Assembly: GCA_964016885.1 (NCBI GenBank)
Contig: OZ024743.1
Coordinates: 260,090,001-260,154,000, forward strand
Source: Eledone cirrhosa
Taxonomy: Eukaryota
Reading direction: 5' to 3'
Length of the DNA stretch: 64,000 nucleotides
In this document: positions 37,001-50,700 of the stretch, in pieces
How the letters are laid out: every line of letters starts with the position of its first letter
How positions within the stretch are numbered: the stretch's first letter is position 1
Translations under genes and position numbers: made by a program
Notes under the pieces: generated by a model
The model's database searches: none
What the model was told of the DNA's origin: nothing
Seen by the model: only the letters and a program-made list of their open reading frames with translations

Positions 37001-39000
37001 GAGATATTACTGTTGGTGGTGGTGGTGGTGGTATTACTGTTGGTAGTGGTGGTGGTGATATTATTGTTGTTGGTGGTGGTGGTGGTGATATTACTGTTGT
37101 TGATGGTGATATTACTGTTGTTGGTGGTGGTGGTGGTGGTGGTGCTGGTGGTGGTGATATTACTGTTGTTGATGGTGGTGGTGATATTACTGTTGTTGGT
37201 GGTGGTGATATTACTGTTGTTGTTGGTGGTGATATTACTGTTGTTGTTGGTGGTGGTGGTGATATTACTGTTGTTGTTGGTGGTGATATTACTGTTGTTG
37301 TTGGTGGTGGTGGTGATATTACTGTTGTTGTTGGTGGTGGTGGTGATATTTCTGTTGTTGGTGGTGGTGGTGGTGTGATATTACTGTTCTTGATGGTGGT
37401 GGTGGTGATATTACTGTTGTTGTTGGTAGTGGTGGTGATATTTCTGTTGTTGGTGGTGGTGGTGGTGGTGATATTACTGTTGTTGGTGGTGGTGATATTA
37501 CTGTTGTTGTTGGTGGTGGTGGTGATATTACTGTTGTTGTTGGTAGTGGTGGTGGTGATATTACTGTTGTTCTTGGTAGTGGTGGTGATATTACTGTTGT
37601 TGTTGGTAGTGGTGGTGGTGATATTACTGTTGTTGGTGGTGGTGGTGGTGGTGGTGATATTACTGTTGTTGGTGGTGGTGATATTACTGTTGTTGGTGAT
37701 GGTGGTGATATTACTGTTGTTGTTGGAGGTGGTGATATTACTGTTGTTGTTGGTGGTGGTGATATTACTGTTGTTGGTGGTGATGATATTACTGTTGTTG
37801 GTGATGGTGGTGATATTACTGTTGTTGTTGGAGGTGGTGATATTACTGTTGTTGTTGGTGGTGGTGATATTACTGTTGTTGGTGGTGGTGGTGGTGGTGG
37901 TGATATTACTGTTGTTGCTGGTGATATTAGTTGTTGGTGGTGGTGATATTTCTGTTGTTGTTGGTAGTGGTGGTGATATTTCTGTTGGTGGTGGTGGTGG
38001 TGGTGTGATATTACTGTTCTTGATGGTGGTGGTGGTGATATTACTGTTGTTGGTGGTGGTGATATTACTGTTGTTGTTGGTGGTGATATTACTGTTGTTG
38101 TTGGTGGTGATATTACTGTTGTTGTTGGGGTGATATTACTGTTGTTGTTGGGGTGATATTACTGTTGTTGTTGATGGTGGTGGTGATATTACTGTTGTTG
38201 TTGATGGTGGTGGTGATATTACTGTTGTTGGTGGTGGTGATATTACTGTTGTTGTTGGTGGCGATATTACTGTAGTTGATGGTGGTGGTGGTGGTGATAT
38301 TACTGTTCTTGATGGTGGTGGTGGTGATATTACTGTTGTTGGTGGTGGTGGTGGTGGTGGTGATATTACTGTTGTTGATGGTGGTGATATTACTGTTGTT
38401 GGTGGTGGTGGTGATATTACTGTTGTTGGTGGTGGTGGTGGTGATATTACTGTTGTTGGTGGTGGTGGTGATATTACTGTTGTTGATGGTGGTGATATTA
38501 CTGTTGTTGGTGGTGGTGATATTACTGTTGTTGTTGGTGGTGATATTACTGTTGTTGGTGGTGGTGGTGGTGGTGATATTACTGTTGTTGTTGGTGGTGG
38601 TGGTGATATTACTGTTGTTGTTGGTGGTGGTGGTGATATTACTGTTGTTGTTGGTGGTAGTGGTGGTGATATTACTGTTGTTGATGGTGGTGATATTACT
38701 GTTGATGGTGGTGGTGATATTACTGTTGATGGTGGTGGTGATATTACTGTTGTTGTTGATGGTGATATTACTGTTGTTGATGGTGGTGATATTACTGTTG
38801 ATGGTGGTGGTGGTGGTATTACTGTTGTTGTTGATGGTGGTGGTGATATTACTGTTGTTGGTGGTGGTGATATTACTGTTGTTGCTGGTGGTGGTGGTAT
38901 TGCTGTTGTTGTTGGTGATATTACTGTTGTTGGTGATGGTGATATATTACTGTTGTTAGTGGTGGTGGTGGTATTGCTGTTGGTGGTGATATTGCTGCTA
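34088..39000. repeat. About 4.9-kb satellite, unit GATATTACT(GTT)n(GGT)n
   Basis: A constant GATATTACT core with variable trinucleotide runs, repeated on the order of 150-200 times; extreme G+T strand bias. Confidence 0.97.
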
Positions 39001-39573
39001 TTAATATTGCACCAATACACACATTAACACCCACATATATAAATCACACACATACATTCAACCAATTTTAATCCCTCCAAGATAAGCTGAGAACTTGAGA
39101 TTTATACAACTGCTAACAGAAATCTTGAAGCTTCAAAACCTTAATTCCTGTAAACATATTGTCAAAATCATTTTACCAGGCCATTAATTTTAAATGCCCA
39201 TACACATATACATTCAAAGAGGAGTTTAAAACTGGCACACCATGGAAACTCAGAAACAAAATGGCAGGCATGAAAGAAAAAAAAAAGAAAATCGTGAATT
39301 GAAAAGCCTAAAAGTTAACATAGCAAAAAGTAGGTCTTGATAAATAAGAAGAACAAAGTTGTTACCCATGATGGAAGTAGCCTTCCTCGATGTGTTGAAA
39401 AGGGTGGACAGAAACTTCATAAGTAGTATACAGTGTAATCTATGAACACACAAGGTATAGTGGAGAGCAGGCATGTTAACAGAGAAGACTGACTTTATAT
39501 GCAGTAGATACTCAGAAGTAAGCAACAAGTATACACAGGAGACCTGCTAGAAGTTGTTTACAGCTTTTGTTAC

Positions 39574-39792
39574 TTAACCCTTTAGCATTTAAACCGGCCA
39601 TAATTCTCTCACCACTTTCTGTTCAAACTGGCCATAACCAGCTGCTCATACTTATATTAAGGTATTGTTCTCAAAATATATAATATTAAAATCTCATAGA
39701 TTCGATATTATGCGAGATAATTATTTGAAATAAAGTGTTTCCTATGAAAATACAATAGTAAATATAGAGTAATGTAAATGGCAAAGGTTTAA
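39574..39792. mobile_element. TTAA-flanked piggyBac-like MITE
   Basis: TTAA-CCCTTTAGCATTT start and AAATGGCAAAGGT-TTAA end. A related copy at about 31790-31999 ends AAATGCTAAAGGG-TTAA. Confidence 0.6.
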
Positions 39793-40270
39793 GGGACCTA
39801 ATAATCAGTAAGGAAGGATGCTCTGAAAGTGTGACAGCCAAGGTAAGAATGGGCTGGAAGAAGTTTAGAGAGTTGGTGCCTCTGCTGACAAAAAAGAGCT
39901 TCTCTTTCAGAGTGAAGGGTAGACTATGATGCCTGTGTGCAAACTGCAATGCTACAAAGCATTAAGATGTGCACTGACTGCAAAAGACCTAAGAAGGCTA
40001 GAGAGAATTGAAGCGAGTATACTCCGATGGATGAGTAACATTAGTGTGCATGAATAACATAGTATATGCAAGCTGAGGAAAAAACTCAGCGTTAGTGGAA
40101 TTGGATATAGTGTGGAAGAGAGAAGACTGTATTGGTTTGGAAAAGTGTTGTTTATGGAAGATAACAGCTGTATAAAGAAGTGCAGAGATATCTCAGTGGA
40201 TTAAATTTGTGGAAGTGGCACACTCAGGCTTAGGATGAGGAGTGAAGACCAACATGATGTGTTGGTGAAG
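39793..40270 (+). mobile_element. Older RTE LINE fragment
   Basis: VRMGWKKFRELVPLL...RVKGRL and ERRLYWFG motifs, similar to the 28243 element; degenerate. Confidence 0.75.
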
Positions 40271-41624
40271 ACTTATCTACCTGCATAAAACTTAACCTGA
40301 CCCATCAACTATCACTGTCATAATACACCCCCTTAGTAACTATTCTTAAAATCACTACATCCCCACCCCATTCAGGTCTCTTCCCCCGACCACCAACGAA
40401 GCTATTCTCAGCATTACTGTATACCCCCACTGTATCCAGGATCACTTCCACCACCCTTAAATCCTAACATCCACACTATCTAAGGCCACCATTCATCCTC
40501 CCACTCTAAACCCTGACATACCAGTCATAGCCCACTTGTAGCTGTTACCACTACAATGCCCCCTACACTGTCGGAGGTCACCCTTCCCTTCCACCCCCAC
40601 CCCACCAACCAGTCAAATCCTTCCACACTTAGCACATACCCATGAGATACATCCCACGCTTGTTCATAGGGGAGAAAGGGCTCTTCAGTTGAGTCAATGA
40701 ATAACAACCTCTCTAGTACTGGTGCCATGAAATGTGGTGGTTGGCATGAAATATGGAAGGGCATCCTGATGTAGAAATCACACCCAAAATGGTCAAAGGA
40801 CTCTTTAGTTGTGTCAGGGGTACAACAACCTCTAGTGCAGGGATCTACACAAAAGCACCCAGTACACTCTAAAGTGGTTTGTGATAGGAAGGATATCCAG
40901 CCATAGAAAAACTGTCTAACAAAGAGTTTAGAGGACTCTGCAGTTGTGTCAAAGACACAACTTCCCTGTGTTGGGGCCACAATAAAATACACTCAGAGCA
41001 CAGGATCATATGTCAGGTCCCCAGCCAACCTGGATGTCAGTGACTCTACGTAGGTACTGACCTGTTTGTGTTGACACATCCAACCCTTGTTAGCAGGAAA
41101 AATGGATAAACAATGACAATGGTGAAGCTAATAAATCCATACATATGTATAAGGTGGTTGGTGATAGGAACGGCATCCAGCTGTAAAACCCATGCCAAAA
41201 AATAGGTTAAGAGGACTCTTTGGTTGTGTCAAGGGCATGTAAACCTCTCTAGAGTTGGTGACATGATAAAATGCACTTAGTACATTCTGTAAAGTTATTG
41301 GTGATAGAAAAGTCATGTAGCCATAGAATACTTGCCAAACAAATACTATATAAAATTATATACACTACAATAACCATAAAACTATGCATTACTGAAACTT
41401 TTCTATGTAAAACTACAATAACATTTATATATATATATATACTAGGAATCATCAGCTTTACACCCACCTTTCCATGCTATGTTCAACAACCAGATGCCCC
41501 TCTTAACACCATCCCTTTTAGTTGCCCCTTACAACATGCAGGGATATGGTGTATGTGCCATAAGAGGAAACTAAGATGTAAATTAATAAAGTGAAGACAG
41601 CAAAACAACATAACTTACCCTTGT

Positions 41625-41732
41625 CTACTGGGATTTACTCTTTTTGGCAAGGTAACGTGATCGAATGCCAAGATGTTGATTCTTCACATACCATGTGAGC
41701 AATGTAGATGGGATTTTGCTGATAAGCCAACC
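41625..41732 (-). CDS. HSD17B12: HSD17B12 last coding exon: GWLISKIPSTLLTWYVKNQHLGIRSRYLAKKSKSQ*
   Basis: tttcag|GGT acceptor, TAG at 41627-41625, dilysine ER-retrieval tail. Confidence 0.88.
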   Translation of the reverse strand, partial: GWLISKIPSTLLTWYVKNQHLGIRSRYLAKKSKSQ

Positions 41733-44700
41733 CTGAAATAAAACAAAGTTCATGTAGAGGGCACAGTGACATAATGAGGTTAACTCACTTTACCCTAAGT
41801 ACTTCCTTAATTAATGGCCTTATACAAATGTGAAAAAAAAATAAAAATCAAGTATATATTTTTTTTAAATCCATAACATCCTGAACTGCATGAAACCACA
41901 TTAATATGACATTCTTAGAAAGTACAAAACAGAACTGTGACTGCATCACATTGAAAATTAAAACCTTATCTCTAATACAGCAAATTTTGACAATCTGTTT
42001 ACTAGTAAAGATAGTATAAACATTTGAATTAACAAACCTGTTTTTAGATATTTTCTGCTAACTCAATGCAGGATGTTAAGAGTTAAAGAAAACATTTCAA
42101 CTCACCAATAGATTGTGGGAGTAGTAACCATATGTGCAGTTTGATATTCCTAAAGAAGTGAGGGCACTTTTCACATAGGATTTAGGGCTTGGAATCATCA
42201 GGCTGGTTTTGCGGAGTTTGCTCATTTTGGTGGTCACATAAAATGGCATTACACACTGAAAGATTGAAAAATATTCAGTCACATAACAATACAATATCAA
42301 GTTTACCAAGCACCCGAATGTAAGGCTGTATTTAACCCTTTGGCTACCAACTGCGCCCTAAAAAACCTAACCATTTTAAAGAATTCCTATTTAAATTAAA
42401 ATCTTCCAACATAATTTTATATAAGAACCATATGTTATTTTAAAATCTTAGTAATAAAATAAATCCCTCAAAATTCTTCATTAAATAATTGAAATAGAGT
42501 GTATTTCATTAGAAATGTGGCCACAAAAAGGAAAAATATTAAATTATAGCTTACCTATGAGATAGGGGTATATTTGTGTGTATATCCATGCTTGAATGGA
42601 TTAGATAGGTTGTAATGTTCAGAAACCAGACAGGTCACAACATGATTTCATTTCACTCATACTTTCTAGTCTGGCATTGTTTCTACGGCTGAATGTCCTT
42701 CTTAATGATAACCACTTCATGTTGTGCAAGGTGCATTCTATCAGAGCACCACCACTACCATTTTGCAGTGGCCTGGGTACATTTTATTGTGGCACCAGCA
42801 TTACCGCTTTTCTTAACTAGGGTTTCTGTCTTGTAAGCTAGGCTGAGCGATATGAGGGGGAACAGTGATAGAGATTGGAAGATGAAAACAGAGGTAGACT
42901 ATAATTTGCTTGCTGAGAGAGAGAAGGGGAGGGGGTTTAAGGTGAGTGAGTGATATCCAGAGGTACATTGTGGGACCAAGAAACTCACTCAGATGGTGGA
43001 TGGGTGCTACACGAGAATGCTGAGGATGGCTCTATGGCGACAAGGAAGGTTGCTTGACCACGTCTTGACCAAACAAAATATAATATTTTCACCAAAAACT
43101 GCCCTTTAAACACATGTCAGATGGATTACAATATTCATTATTACAATTACTTTGACTGTTCCCTGACAATTAGTACCAGTTTCAAGATAGAATTATCTTA
43201 AAGTATATATAATTTGACTTGATTTTCGCCAACAAACCACGTGTGGACATGGACGGGGAAAAAAGGAAAAAAAACAAAACAAATCACTACATCCCTTAAG
43301 GATCGCAGTAAGTACTCCACAAAACATATAAACAACAATATACACACAGATTTATATACAGATATATACCATATGCATATACACACACGTGAAAAGAAAC
43401 CACACTATTTCGTGTGAGACACTATACCGGCCAATTTTACCAATTTACATTGGTAAAATATTTCTTAACATTGACTTCGCTTCTAACCCACATACACCTT
43501 TTAATTATATATATATACTAGCAGCTGAAAGTTAATAATTTGAAAAAAAAAAATATTATTGAAAGTTTATTATAAAGAAGCAGTATCAGGGGAAAAAAAA
43601 AAAAAAAAAACGTTATTTCGCTGTGAATAAACAACTGCCTTCTACAGTACGTTTCATTTAACTTATGCAGCATAATTATTTGTTTACATGCACAGACTCT
43701 TCTGTACACACACATTTAGGAAAACGGAAACAAAATACACAAAAAAACAAAACAAAAAAACAGACATTTAATTTCTATCGTAATCAAGTGCGCTAAACCT
43801 ATATTGTTTACATTCTGTGTTTTTCTACGGATGGGTAGAAATAACAAAATTGCCATGGTGATATCCATCGATGAAGTATGCGACAAAACTGGTCGATGTC
43901 CCAAAATAGAACATTGCCCGGAAGATCACACCTGCCATATCTGTACGGAACCCGAAAACTCGTTCCATAATCGTTGGGTTGAATGTGGAACCTGTCGCAT
44001 CTCTGTCTGCCTTCAATGCGCCACAGGCCAAAATAAGAAACATCATATTGCTACGATGGATAGACTCTGGGAGATGGTCCAGCTAACAAACTGGTCCTTT
44101 CAGTGCCTGGACTGTATGCCTGCTTCTCCCATTGCTGCGGAACAACAAAGACCGAAGATCGTGTTTTCTACCATTGTTCCTGAACAACAACAACAAAAAC
44201 CGAGGATCGTGTCTTCCTCTACCATTGTCCCTGAACAACAGCAAAAACCAACGACCGTAGCTTCTGCTACTACCCCCGTTGAAGGACTTCATCAACAACA
44301 GCAACCCATGTCTTCCTCACCCGTTACTTTTCAACAACAACAACCGACGACTGTGTCTTCTACCATGCCTGTTGAAGGAGAAGAACAACAACAAAAACCG
44401 ACCGTCAATACGGAGTTTGAGGAAATACGGCAAATGATTTCCGCTTTAAGTCAAGAAATAGCGGAAATAAAATCAAGCGTTCGTGTAGAACCCCACAATG
44501 AGGGATCTTACCGGAGTGCCTTGTTAAAAAATCTCCGCGTACCTCATGTTGAACCTAGACGCATTGAGAATGCCACTGAATCTGCAAACCACGAAGTGAT
44601 TGCCATTGGTGTGCCGGAAGACATAGTTGATCTTCAGGCATTTGCTGCCAGTTCATCCAAAGACCTGGGCTGTGCTCCCGCAAAGGGTGCTCTACGCCTT

Positions 44701-47700
44701 GGCCGACCAGGCCCGAAACCCAGGTTAATTAGACTGTTGTTTTCAAACTCAACTGAGGCACGTTCATACCTTGTAGCCTCTGATAAAGCTAGGCGTGAAA
44801 GTCGGATTGCTTTCCGAACACGTCCTGGTCTTCCACCTGATGTCCGCCCAAAGTTGCGTGCTGCAGCTTCCCTAAACCGCAGCTCGGCAGAACATGAAAG
44901 CTTCAGCCTACGAGATGACGGGCAGATATGGAAGTTTGTTAAGGCTGGCGAATCATGGAAAAGAGACACCAGCTGGTCTGAAAACACTGTACCCACAACA
45001 ACTGACAATAAAGAAACTGAAAAAACTCTGGGAAACTAAATCAGAACAACCTGCCATCCCCTGCACATAATCATAGACTGGAATCAAAGTACAAATTGTC
45101 CTTGAATGCACGTAGTCTATGCAATAAGATTCATCTTTTTGACTCCTACGTCAAAAGTATCAACCCGGACTTCATTACAGTCACGGAAACTTGGGCACAT
45201 CCCTTACTCTGTGATGGGGTTTTCAGCATGACTGGCTACAACCTGTTTCGTAAAGACCGTATTAATCGTGGTGGTGGTGGTGTAATGGTCTACATTCGGT
45301 CAAATCTGTCAGCAATTCCTTGTGCTGATTTGAACCAATCACAGCAGGAAGTTTTTTTCTGCGATATACGTATGACCATGTCAACACTGCTACTTGGAGT
45401 CGTTTACCGTCCCCCAAATTACCATCAGGACACTCAACTTTGTGATATCCTCAGAGCTGCTGCCAGGAAGACAGCCACTTATGTTTTCATTGCAGGTGAC
45501 TTCAATCACCCTGAGATTGACTGGGAGACCTTTCGTTGGCCGCCAAGTGCAAATGACTTCCTTGAGCTGGTGCTGGACTCGAGTTGGTCCCAGGCGGTCA
45601 CCTCCCCAACGAGAGGGGACAACACTTTGGACCTACTCTTCACCACTACTCCTGAAACGGTCATTAGTGTTACTGCTGAGGAACCTTTAGGTGACTCTGA
45701 TCATGCTATGATCATTGCCAATCTATCCCTCATGGGCAGTAACAAGAACCACAACCATCTCCAAACTGCTCACTTTGACTGGAATAAAGCAGACTGGAAC
45801 TGTTACTGCACCAAGTTGCAACGGCCAAACTGGCTTGAGTTCTACGACTCTGGAGATGTCAACACTGTACTCCAGAACATCCTGAGCTCAATATGGACAG
45901 CATGTACAGCATCGGTGCCACGTAAGCGGAAAAAACATCCCAAAAGCGCAATTTGGGAGACTGCAGCAGTCCGTCTTGCCAGAAAAGAATGGCACAATGC
46001 TGAACGTGAGTACAAACTTCACAAATCAGACATTAATAGGAAGAGGCGAAATAGATCGTCCAACCACCTCAAACAGGTGACAAAAAAGGCAGCGCTTCAA
46101 TTTGAGCAGCGCATAGCAACCAGCCCTGACAGTAAGGTGTTCTGGAAGTATGTGCACTCAAAGCAGAGGCCTCACTCTCCAGTTGGTCCTCTTCGCAATC
46201 CCCACACAAGCCAGGTTACTGACGACCCCCAAGGAATGCGCAGAGCTCATTGCTGAATGCTATGCAGGCATTTTCACTATTGAAGACCAGAGTGTACCAT
46301 CTCCACCACCTATGACACCGGACTCTATTACAACCATGGAATTTACACCTGCAATGCTGCGACGTCACCTAAAAAATAAACGCAACCATGCCTCTCCTGG
46401 TCTTGATGGTGTTACGTACCTGCTTCTTAAACGTGGTGGGTACTTCCTTCTACACTAGTTATCACGCTTCTTCCAATTCTGTCTGAACAACAGTGCTACT
46501 CCAGAACAGTGGAAAACTGCCAGTGTCATTCCTCTGTTCAAAAAGGGTGACCGCACATCACCTGTGAACTATCGTCCAGTCAGTCTTACTAGTTGCATCG
46601 CCAAACTGATAGAATCCTGTGTCAGAGAAACACTTTGGAACTTCTGGAGCTCTCACAGTCTTATCCGGCCCTCGCAATTTGGATTTATCCCCAACTCCAG
46701 CTGCTGTGATCAACTTATAGAGTTTCTTGAGGGCATCACCCGGATCACTGATGGCGGCTCATGGGTGGATGTTGTTTACCTTGACTTTGCGAAGGCCTTC
46801 AATTCTGTGCCACACAAAAGGCTTATGGCAAAACTCTCTGCAATGGGTGTGAAGGATGATCTTTTTAACTGGTTGAAGTCCTTCATTCTCAGTCGAAGAG
46901 AGGTAGTCACGGTTCTGGGACAGCATTCCTCACCATATGAGATGTCATCTGGTGTACCACAGGGATCTGTTCTTGGCCCCCTTTTGTTTGTGGCATATAT
47001 TAATGACATAGATGCCAACTTAAGGAATGTCACAGTACTAAAGTACGCAGACGACATCAAGCTGTACCTTGAGATAAAAAGGACAGATCCTGAACACTAT
47101 AGATCTTGCTTGCAGTCTGACCTGGACACAATGCAACAGTGGATCTCAGACTGGCAACTCAAGCTAGCTGTGGACAAGTGCACCACCATGCATTTTGGGA
47201 GTAAAAACCCAGCGTCCACATACTCCCTCCACAGCACTAATATCAAGAAGTCTTCCTGTGAACGTGACCTGGGCATTACGGTCAGCAGCGATTTGCGTTG
47301 GACGAGGCACGTCTCTAAAATTGTCAAGAGGGCCGAGGGTGTCTTAGCATCACTCAGCAAGACCTTTGTCAGCCGCTCTCCAGATATCTATTTAAGGCTG
47401 TATACAGCTATGGTGCTATTTGCATCACCAGTCTGGAACCCCTATCTTGCTCAGGACATTGACCGCCTGGAAACTGTTCAGAGACGTGCAACCAAGCGAA
47501 TACCCTCCATCAGGCATCTACCATACTCTGAGCGCCTTGCTTCCCTGGGCATGGATTCATTGAAGCTCCGACGCCTGGCAACTGACTTGGTAAACACCCA
47601 CAAAATTGTTAACCATGTTGCCAACAACAACCCTGAGTACCTTTTCGATTTCCATGTGTCTAACACACGTGGACATGCCCACAAAGTAAGAAAACAGCAC

Positions 47701-50700
47701 AGTTCCCATGACTTTCGGAAACATTTTTTCACGCTCAGAGTTGCTGAAGCATGGAACAAACTACCTGCATCAGTTGTTAGCTGTCGAGACACTGCATCCT
47801 TTAAGGCCTCCATGCTTCCCGAGATCCGCCAACAGAACAGCTAACACATACACACATGTACTTCCCTGACATTTGTGTATTATTCTATGCACTATATTGA
47901 CGAGTTGTAGTGCACCTGAGCACTTTACACAATAATTTCATTATTATTATTATATTAATCAGTATACACTGAAGATGAAAAACTCAGCTGTATGGAAACC
48001 TCCCAAAAGTCAGCTCAAAAGTGACACAGAGGAGATTGAGGTTAGCTGGACATGCTCACCGACATCCAGAGTTGACATTGCACTCAGTGCTCCTGTGGGA
48101 GCCCCTACATGGACACACTGGAAGAGGAAGACCAAGGTTAATGTATGCCCTAAGGACAGACACTGGTCTGTTGGAGACGCAGGACATGGCAGCGATAATG
48201 AGGGACAGAGACCGCTGGAGAGAACTCGTCCATGCATCTCGGGAATTTTACCCACCCTAGAAAATTGTGGGGTGCGCACAGCTTTCCATGACGTGGTTGA
48301 ATGAAGATGTAATAATTCAGGGTTGAGTGCGAAGGTTTATGTGTTGGGTTGTAGAAGTTGTCTGAGAGAGAGAGAGAGAGGTAGATCATCACCATCGTTT
48401 AACGTCTATCTTCCTGGCAGTACACTGTAGAGGTGCATCTATCATTCCATGTTGGCAAGGGTTTGACAGAGAATGAGAAATCAGGGATGTGAATGGGACA
48501 GAAGGAACTAAAATAGGGGAGGTGGAAAAGGAAGATGGCATATTGCCATGGTACCTAAATAACATTATCTATATTTTCCTATCATCCTCCCCATGCTCAT
48601 TTCATTTCATTAATGTAGGAATGTGAGTCGTCTGTAGTACAGCATAGCATCAGTTGTCTCATTGAACTTCACATACTAAATTATTAAAAATACACATTTT
48701 CAACTATTTGTCATCTACTCTGAACGCCTTGCTTCCCTGGGCATGGATACATTGAAGCTCCGACGCCTGGCAACTGACTTGGTAAACACCCACAAAATTG
48801 TTAACCATCTTGCCAACAACAACCCTGAATACTTTTTTGATTTCCGTGTATCTAACACACGTGGACATGCCCACAAAGTTAGAAAACAGCACAGTTCCCA
48901 TGACTTTCGGAAACATTTTTTCACGCTCAGAGTTGGTGAAGCACGGAACAAACTACCTGCATCAGTTGTTAGCTGTCAAGACACTGCATCCTTTAAAACC
49001 TCCATGCTCCCCGAGATTCGCCAACACTACACCTAATGTTCCCCCTCCATACACATACACACATGTATATCATGACTCATAGACTATTCACTTCCCTGAC
49101 ATTTGTATATTATTCTATGTACTATACATACACCTTTGGCGAGTTGTAGTGCACCTGAGCACTTTACACAATTTCATTATTATTATAAAAAATCATCAGT
49201 TAACGTATATTTTTCAAAGCTAGCATAGGTTAGATAAGTTGCCCTTTGTTAGACAGGTCGACTGTCTCTTGTTCTCACAGAATTGTTTCTGGCTTGGTTT
49301 CTTCAGCTGGATGCCCTTAACATGTTCATAGTGTGGACTGAGTGATTTTTATCGAGGCAACAAAACAACCACTTTACAGCGTGGACTGGCTACTTTTTGT
49401 CATGACACCAACAGTCTTATTCAAATCATGATTCCTACTTCATATTTTGTTGATACCTATGCAGAAATTGGTACATGCTGAACTAAATACCTTGTATTTA
49501 TTTAAGTCTCGTCTTTACATTTGAAGTTCAAATCCCCTTTACCCCTATGAAATTGATGAAATAAGTACTGGTAATATACTGTTATACATTCAATTAAATA
49601 TTTTGTACCACTGTTAAAATCTCAATAGTCTATTTGTGGTTGATGCAACAAAAAAACAAGTCTCTTTGTTTCAAACATGTAAATATAAAGTAAGTACATT
49701 ATTCTACTGCAGTCTATATTATGTATGTTATCATAAACTATAATATAATTAGACTATTTGGAATCCTCAAAATGAAACATTTCACTTGATGCTCCATATG
49801 CAATATAATCATTGCAGTGTACACTTACCAATGAAACACCTCATACAAGGCTCTTTTCATTTTCTAGAAATACATTTTGGTGCCATGAAAAAAAAAACAC
49901 TCAGTCAACCGCGCTGTAAGCATAAGCCTTCCTAATGCTGTGTTGGCATTAGGAAGGGCATCTAGCCATAGAAACCAAGCCAGAAACAGTTCCATATGAT
50001 ATGAGCAAAGCATGGTCACCTGACCTAACTTGTCTAATAACATGACAACCCATCCAAGCATTAAAATAGACATTAAATGGTGATGATAAAGATGATGATA
50101 ACATCTAATCTTGACATTGTATTTGTTTGATTTAATCAGAGGTCTTGTGTTGAAAGTAAACTGGTTCCTTTGGGATTGCTTTTGTGACCAGGTCGTAAAC
50201 AATGCAACAAAAATAAATGATAAATGTAAAGTGAAATTAAGAGTTTGTTTGTATTTTGAAATGGCTAGAATGATTCTTCCACACTATAATTGTTTCTACC
50301 AAATCAACACTCCTGGAATAATTTATATGCATTGTTATGCACACTATTCAAAATAGTATGTAAAGAAGAATTGCTAGAAATAAACATCAGAGAAGAAATC
50401 CACCTTATTACCTGAGTGATAACTCCTTTGTCGCTGTATTCTGAACAGAGCCCTTCAGAGAAGCGTTTCACATAAGCCTTAAAACAAAACAAGGCAAAAT
50501 TAAAATTAAGATGAAAAATACAAAATAAAAAGAGTTTCAAAATAATAAAATAAATCCTTCCTTGACCATCTAATAGAAATACATTAAAATTTATCATATA
50601 TACTCGAATATAAGCCAACCCCCTATTTTATGTCTGAGAAATAGACAAAAATTCAAATCCTGTGTCTAAGCCAAGGCAACTAATCAATACATTATGTTTA

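Larger units (their letters stand above)
43034..47955 (+). mobile_element. Near full-length CR1/L2-type LINE (5'UTR, ORF1, APE-RT ORF2, (TTA)n tail), antisense in an HSD17B12 intron
   Basis: ORF1 43831-45039; ORF2 from about 45030 to 47844; TTATTATTA tail. Boundaries are set by the interrupted RTE-like host element on either side. Confidence 0.9.
42975..48260 (+). mobile_element. RTE-like LINE 3' fragment split by the CR1/L2 insertion (42975-43033 and 47956-48260)
   Basis: TKKLTQMVDGCYTRMLRMAL on the left continues as NQY...LYGNLPKVSSKVTQRRLRLAGHAHRHPE...LWEPLHG..GRGRP on the right. Confidence 0.75.

Noticed and set aside
33848-38959. 1176-aa, 252-aa and 227-aa poly-Val/Leu 'membrane protein' ORFs
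   Set aside because: By-products of a stop-free GTT/GGT satellite. Several frames on both strands are open, and sporadic frameshifts break them.
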